A DNA stretch of 64,000 bases from an uncultured virus (IMG/VR IMGVR_UViG_2690315748_000003) (taxonomy: Duplodnaviria > Heunggongvirae > Uroviricota > Caudoviricetes). The position numbers and the translations under genes are program-made. The notes beneath the pieces were generated by a model. The model saw only the letters and a program-made list of their open reading frames with translations. It was not told the DNA's origin and made no database searches. The stretch lies in IMG/VR virus record IMGVR_UViG_2690315748_000003, positions 1 through 64,000 of that record. The stretch is one strand, 5' to 3'. Below are positions 61,281 through 64,000 of the stretch, piece after piece; position 1 is the stretch's first letter, and the number at the start of each line of letters is the position of its first letter.

Positions 61281-61330
61281 ACCTCGGATAATCTGAGGTT
61301 TATTTTTTTACGTACTGGAAATGATATCCC

Positions 61331-61359
61331 TTGAAAGGAACAAGTGTTCGGAATATAAT
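61331..61359 (+). promoter_or_regulatory. sigma-A promoter with SOS box
   Basis: TTGAAA-17-TATAAT with GAACAAGTGTTC at 61338-61349. Confidence 0.8.
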
Positions 61360-61389
61360 TTCTACATAACACATCAGGAGGCTACATAA

Positions 61390-61722
61390 ATGGGAAAGAA
61401 ACTTGAAGGTAATGGTTTATGGGAGAGTTCACGCATCATTTTGCCCGAGCATAAAGAAGGATACTTAAAACTTATGAAGGATCGCCAGCGGCGCGGTAAA
61501 CCGGAGTTGGATGATCAGGAAGTACAACTGATTGAGCAAGCTCTAATAGACTCTTACAACTCACGCAACGCCGTCACGGTGACCGTATTTAGCCCGTTCG
61601 ATGATACGGACATGACTGGTGTAGTTACGTCTATTAACACCGCCCGTAGGGAGGTAAAACTGTTCCGGGGTGAAGATGATTTTAGTTGGATTAAGCTGGA
61701 GGATATTATATCAGCAGGCTGA
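61390..61722 (+). CDS. YolD-like protein
   Basis: GNGLWESSRIILPEHKE..KPELDDQE. Confidence 0.85.
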   Translation: MGKKLEGNGLWESSRIILPEHKEGYLKLMKDRQRRGKPELDDQEVQLIEQALIDSYNSRNAVTVTVFSPFDDTDMTGVVTSINTARREVKLFRGEDDFSWIKLEDIISAG

Positions 61723-61775
61723 AAATAATTACCTCACATAATACATAAATACTTCCATTTAACATGGTAATTGGA

Positions 61776-61821
61776 TTGCCTCTAACAAGTAACAAATATA
61801 GAATTAAAGCATATTTGTTAC
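61776..61821 (+). promoter_or_regulatory. Promoter and inverted-repeat operator of agr-like operon
   Basis: TTGCCT-17-TAGAAT overlapped by GTAACAAATAT-N11-ATATTTGTTAC. Confidence 0.55.
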
Positions 61822-61846
61822 CAATTATGTGAAGGGGTTATGTGTT

Positions 61847-62479
61847 ATGTGGGAGCCTATTAGGTTCTTGCTTTTCTCAACTGTAGAAACATTTGCGGCG
61901 TTCGTTTTAATGTTAACTATTTTCAGAGTTAGAGCTTTAGACTATGTATGGCCTGCATTGTTTATTGGATTGATAATGAACTTGCAAAGTTTCATTTTAA
62001 GGGAAGAAACTTCTTTGGCTTTTTTTGCTCCAACCATAAACATTATATTGTTCACATTATTGATAACCACTGTTGTTAGGATGCCGATTATCTGGGCAGC
62101 CATCATATCCATTACAGGCACATTTTTGTATACATTATTCCAAGCGGCGATTATATTAATGCTTTTTGGTACCTTGACAACAGAAATGCAGACCTCAGCA
62201 GAAGGATCGTTAGCACAAGCGGTAACCAGTGCATGGGTGTTAGCTATTTCGTGGTTCCTGTATAAATTTAAAATAGGCTTTACAGCAGATTATGAAAATC
62301 TACGTTTTAAGTGGGAGTATGTACTCGTTATTATCTTAATAATAGGAGTATTGGCAGCTTGTGCATTTATGTTTTACGTCAATAATTTCTTTTTGAGTAT
62401 TCTATTTATTGCCTTAGCATCTGCTATGTTTTTGTATTATGCATTAAAAACGGAGCGTGATTACTATAAAAAGTCTTGA
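61847..62479 (+). CDS. Multi-TM protein resembling the AgrC sensor domain, no kinase domain
   Basis: About 7 hydrophobic segments; ends where agrB starts. Confidence 0.65.
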   Translation: MWEPIRFLLFSTVETFAAFVLMLTIFRVRALDYVWPALFIGLIMNLQSFILREETSLAFFAPTINIILFTLLITTVVRMPIIWAAIISITGTFLYTLFQAAIILMLFGTLTTEMQTSAEGSLAQAVTSAWVLAISWFLYKFKIGFTADYENLRFKWEYVLVIILIIGVLAACAFMFYVNNFFLSILFIALASAMFLYYALKTERDYYKKS

Positions 62480-63011
62480 CACCATCGCTCTTAATATTGC
62501 GACTCACATCAAAACAGTTGTACCTGATCATCCTTCATCTATAGATGTTCTAAAACACGGGATAGCCGTTGCGATCAATACATTTTCAATTATTTTACTG
62601 ACTATCGGTATCTCATTTTTTACGGACAGAATGCAGGAAGCTTTGCTAGCGATGATATCTTTTTCAATGTTGCGCCAAATTGTAGGAGGAATACATTTAA
62701 AGAGCAATATAGTGTGTATTATTGTATCTACAGTTCTACTTACTGCTTTATCTTTCGCAAGTTTTAATTACAATTGGATCGTTATTACGTCGATAATAAG
62801 TATTGTGCTTATCTTGATTTATGCGCCGTCGAGGATAGAGGGGAGGACGCGTATATCAAAGCGGCACTATCCGTTGCTAAAGTTTATGGGAGTTGCAATT
62901 GTTGCTCTAAATCTGTGGTTGGCTTATCCGGTAGTAGCTGCCAGTTTTTTCGTTCAGAGTTTAACACTAATAGAAGGAGGTGTGAAAAATGAAGAAAACC
63001 AAACCGAGTAA
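62457..63011 (+). CDS. agrB: AgrB-family peptide-processing protein
   Basis: LRQIVGGIHL..C (catalytic H/C region), IYAPS. Confidence 0.9.
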   Translation: MITIKSLDTIALNIATHIKTVVPDHPSSIDVLKHGIAVAINTFSIILLTIGISFFTDRMQEALLAMISFSMLRQIVGGIHLKSNIVCIIVSTVLLTALSFASFNYNWIVITSIISIVLILIYAPSRIEGRTRISKRHYPLLKFMGVAIVALNLWLAYPVVAASFFVQSLTLIEGGVKNEENQTE

Positions 63012-63135
63012 AGTAAAGGCTAGTATGTATTACAATATTGCTGCAATGTTGACAACACTTGCGGTTGCTTCAGTAAGCACGGCAAGTTTGTCATGGATTC
63101 ACAGTCCCGAACCACCGAAAGAATTGTTAAAGTAA
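62989..63135 (+). CDS. agrD: AgrD-like cyclic lactone autoinducer precursor (48 aa, not in track)
   Basis: AGGAGGTG RBS; ..LAVASVSTASLSWIHSPEPPKELLK. Confidence 0.85.
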   Translation: MKKTKPSKVKASMYYNIAAMLTTLAVASVSTASLSWIHSPEPPKELLK

Positions 63136-63149
63136 GCGGGGAATGTTAA

Positions 63150-63545
63150 ATGCTAAGTTTAACCGTATCGGCAGATCCTGGAGGTATAGAAAAGGGAGAG
63201 AATGTTTTAGTAGACAAAGTCCTTTTCATCTCTAAGGGGAGAAAGCGAGACCAGATACTGGTTCACACATTTGATAAAACATACTATATGGTAGGAACTT
63301 TGAGGCATTGGGAGAATTTTTTGAATAGTAACGGATATCGTTTTTTGAATGTGGATAGAAGTAACACTCTTAATGTAGAAAAAGTAAAGATTGTTAATGG
63401 TATCTTCAAAGATGCTTACTTTGAAGATGATATAACAAAAACATCAAAAAGGTGTCCCATCGCTTATCACCGATTTGATGAGGTTGTTGAAGAAATGGGT
63501 TTCATAAATTCCAAAATAATCTTCACAGGAGTTGCTACGAAATAG
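63150..63545 (+). CDS. Stand-alone LytTR DNA-binding protein
   Basis: ILVHT..GTLRHW..FLNVDRSNTLN; no receiver domain. Confidence 0.75.
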   Translation: MLSLTVSADPGGIEKGENVLVDKVLFISKGRKRDQILVHTFDKTYYMVGTLRHWENFLNSNGYRFLNVDRSNTLNVEKVKIVNGIFKDAYFEDDITKTSKRCPIAYHRFDEVVEEMGFINSKIIFTGVATK

Positions 63546-63785
63546 CGACTCTTTTTTTGTCGAAAATAAGTGTCTTATAATGTCGAATATTAAGAGACGT
63601 TCAGCGCCCGAATTTTTGTTGCCAAGACCCTAATATTGGGATTTAATAGTAGTATAGTTATGTCAAAAATAGATATGTTCGATTATAGACATAATTGACT
63701 TGGGAGATAAAAAAGGGAGGGGAGTAGAGTTATCTGTAAAAAGTATGGTTCAACCATACTTTTATCCGAGGGAGAGCCAACGGGC

Positions 63786-63998
63786 TCACTCAAAGATCAG
63801 TTCGTATAAGTCTTCCATTTTACAATCGAGGGCATAGGCTACGTTAATCATAACATCAGCAGACATTTTATCCTGATTGTTGGCCCAATTGGAAATCAAA
63901 TGTCTGCTGTAGCCGGTGCGTCTAGCAAGATCGATTTGTTTTATACGACGTTCTTCGAGTAGTTCCTTTAATCGGCATCTCCCACGGGAGATTTTCAA
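63786..63998 (-). CDS. XRE HTH regulator
   Basis: IKQIDLARRTGYSRHLISNW..ALDCKMEDLYE. Confidence 0.85.
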   Translation of the reverse strand: MKISRGRCRLKELLEERRIKQIDLARRTGYSRHLISNWANNQDKMSADVMINVAYALDCKMEDLYELIFE

Positions 63999-64000
63999 TC

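Larger units (their letters stand above)
1..64000. mobile_element. Temperate siphophage prophage, apparently near complete; att sites not visible
   Basis: Canonical order integrase-immunity-replication-packaging-head-tail-lysis-accessory; long tape measure, no sheath gene. Confidence 0.95.

Noticed and set aside
63546..64000. attR at the right end
   Set aside because: No sequence left of the integrase to compare, so no att core can be identified

Overview
The whole window reads as one long temperate siphophage (prophage) of a spore-forming Bacillota host, most likely Paenibacillus (inferred from SLH and copper-amine-oxidase-N domains and an Alo-type regulator). From left to right: tyrosine integrase, ImmA/ImmR/Cro switch, early and replication genes (ParB-like, replisome organiser, DnaI, own DnaN clamp, PAPS-reductase-family protein, adenine methylase), late activator, a Tad1-like anti-defence gene, terminases, a 6.8 kb moron block between terL and portal, head, tail, lysis genes, and about 11 kb of accessory genes. 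No att site is visible; the window starts at the integrase stop codon. The strongest candidates for new biology are: (1) a kinase-less agr-like peptide signalling operon (sensor-like membrane protein, AgrB, an unlisted AgrD, stand-alone LytTR), next to a second RRNPP/Alo-like receptor-peptide pair; (2) an exported stand-alone paralogue of the phage's own tail-fibre beta-propeller domain; (3) a terminase small subunit carrying an FtsK/SpoIIIE gamma domain; (4) an 18-bp palindrome dispersed across the genome, plus three conserved late promoters that restart transcription after accessory blocks. All family assignments come from motif recognition by eye; no searches were run.
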